The notes under the pieces are model-generated. The model did not search any database. It saw only the letters and a program-made list of their open reading frames with translations, and was not told the origin of the DNA. Both the position numbers and the translations under genes were made by a program. From an uncultured archaeon (GTDB lineage Archaea > Iainarchaeota > Iainarchaeia > Iainarchaeales > CSSED10-239), in NCBI GenBank assembly GCA_964496765.1, contig CAZCAP010000007.1, positions 1-17,658 of the forward strand: DNA of 17,658 nt. The letters are read 5' to 3'. Every line of letters starts with the position of its first letter. Position 1 is the first letter of the stretch. Shown in pieces: positions 17,288-17,658 of this stretch.

Positions 17288-17575
17288 ATGGAACTCCCAA
17301 AATCAATTAAAACATACTGTAAAAAATGTAAAAAACATACTGAACATAAACTTAAGGCCTACAAGGCAAGAAAAGCAAGAACCCTATCCAAGGGAACTAG
17401 AAAGAATGTTGAAAAACATAAGAAAGGTTATGGAGGAATGGCTAAGCACGTTAAAGGTGTTAAAAAGCAAAACAAAAAGCCAGTCTTCACAGCTGAATGT
17501 GCAGTTTGTAAAGCAAAGCACTATTTCGTAATTCCAAAAAGAATGAAGAAAGTAGAAGTGGGTGGAGGAGAATAA
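17288..17575 (+). CDS. rpl44e: 50S ribosomal protein L44e
   Basis: YCKKCKKHTEHK ... CAVCKAKHYFVIPKRMKKVEV, two CxxC zinc motifs, 95 aa; archaeal/eukaryotic-type protein. Confidence 0.95.
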   Translation: MELPKSIKTYCKKCKKHTEHKLKAYKARKARTLSKGTRKNVEKHKKGYGGMAKHVKGVKKQNKKPVFTAECAVCKAKHYFVIPKRMKKVEVGGGE

Positions 17576-17595
17576 AATCTCCCTTTTCCCTAGAT

Positions 17596-17612
17596 ATTCC
17601 TTTTTTTTAAAA
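17596..17612 (+). terminator. Candidate T-run terminator downstream of rpl44e
   Basis: Poly-T tract about 25 nt after the TAA; archaeal termination commonly uses oligo-T. Confidence 0.35.
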
Positions 17613-17658
17613 AACAGTTCTATTTTTAAAAGCTTATTTTAAATATCTATAATATATG

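Noticed and set aside
1-17658. CRISPR array, transposase, integrase or phage structural genes
   Set aside because: No regularly spaced repeats of CRISPR type and no recognisable mobile-element proteins were seen; the only repeats are the two 22-nt copies, short leader motifs and intragenic protein-domain repeats.

Overview
The window looks like a compact, AT-rich archaeal chromosome segment, probably DPANN-like. This rests on ribosomal protein L44e, an XPD-type Fe-S helicase, a tRNA gene with a bulge-helix-bulge intron, class III (pilin-type) signal peptides and GGTGA Shine-Dalgarno sites. Most annotated genes are housekeeping: purF, lemA, ppsA, XPD helicase, rpl44e, an MBL-fold hydrolase, an EFR1-like flavodoxin/ferredoxin protein, an SGNH hydrolase and a DUF2207-like membrane protein. 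Reading beyond the ORF track gives six further points. (1) A TTG-started surface protein runs off the left edge (2913->1, minus) and carries tandem repeats. (2) A paralogous pilin-like gene (3657->3067, minus) has two in-frame stops in its N-terminus. (3) An intron-containing tRNA-Trp(CCA) has a perfect 4-bp BHB central helix and a 122-nt intron. (4) An unannotated 53-aa ORF (6707->6546) overlaps the stop of a nucleotidyltransferase-fold gene by ATGA, and the pair is flanked by 22-nt direct repeats (21/22 identical); this is the best candidate for an uncharacterised two-gene, toxin-antitoxin-like module. (5) A related ~25-nt leader element precedes both that nucleotidyltransferase and a divergent kinase-like gene. 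(6) The kinase-like protein appears to have lost its catalytic-loop Asp. All family calls come from motif reading only; no database search was run.
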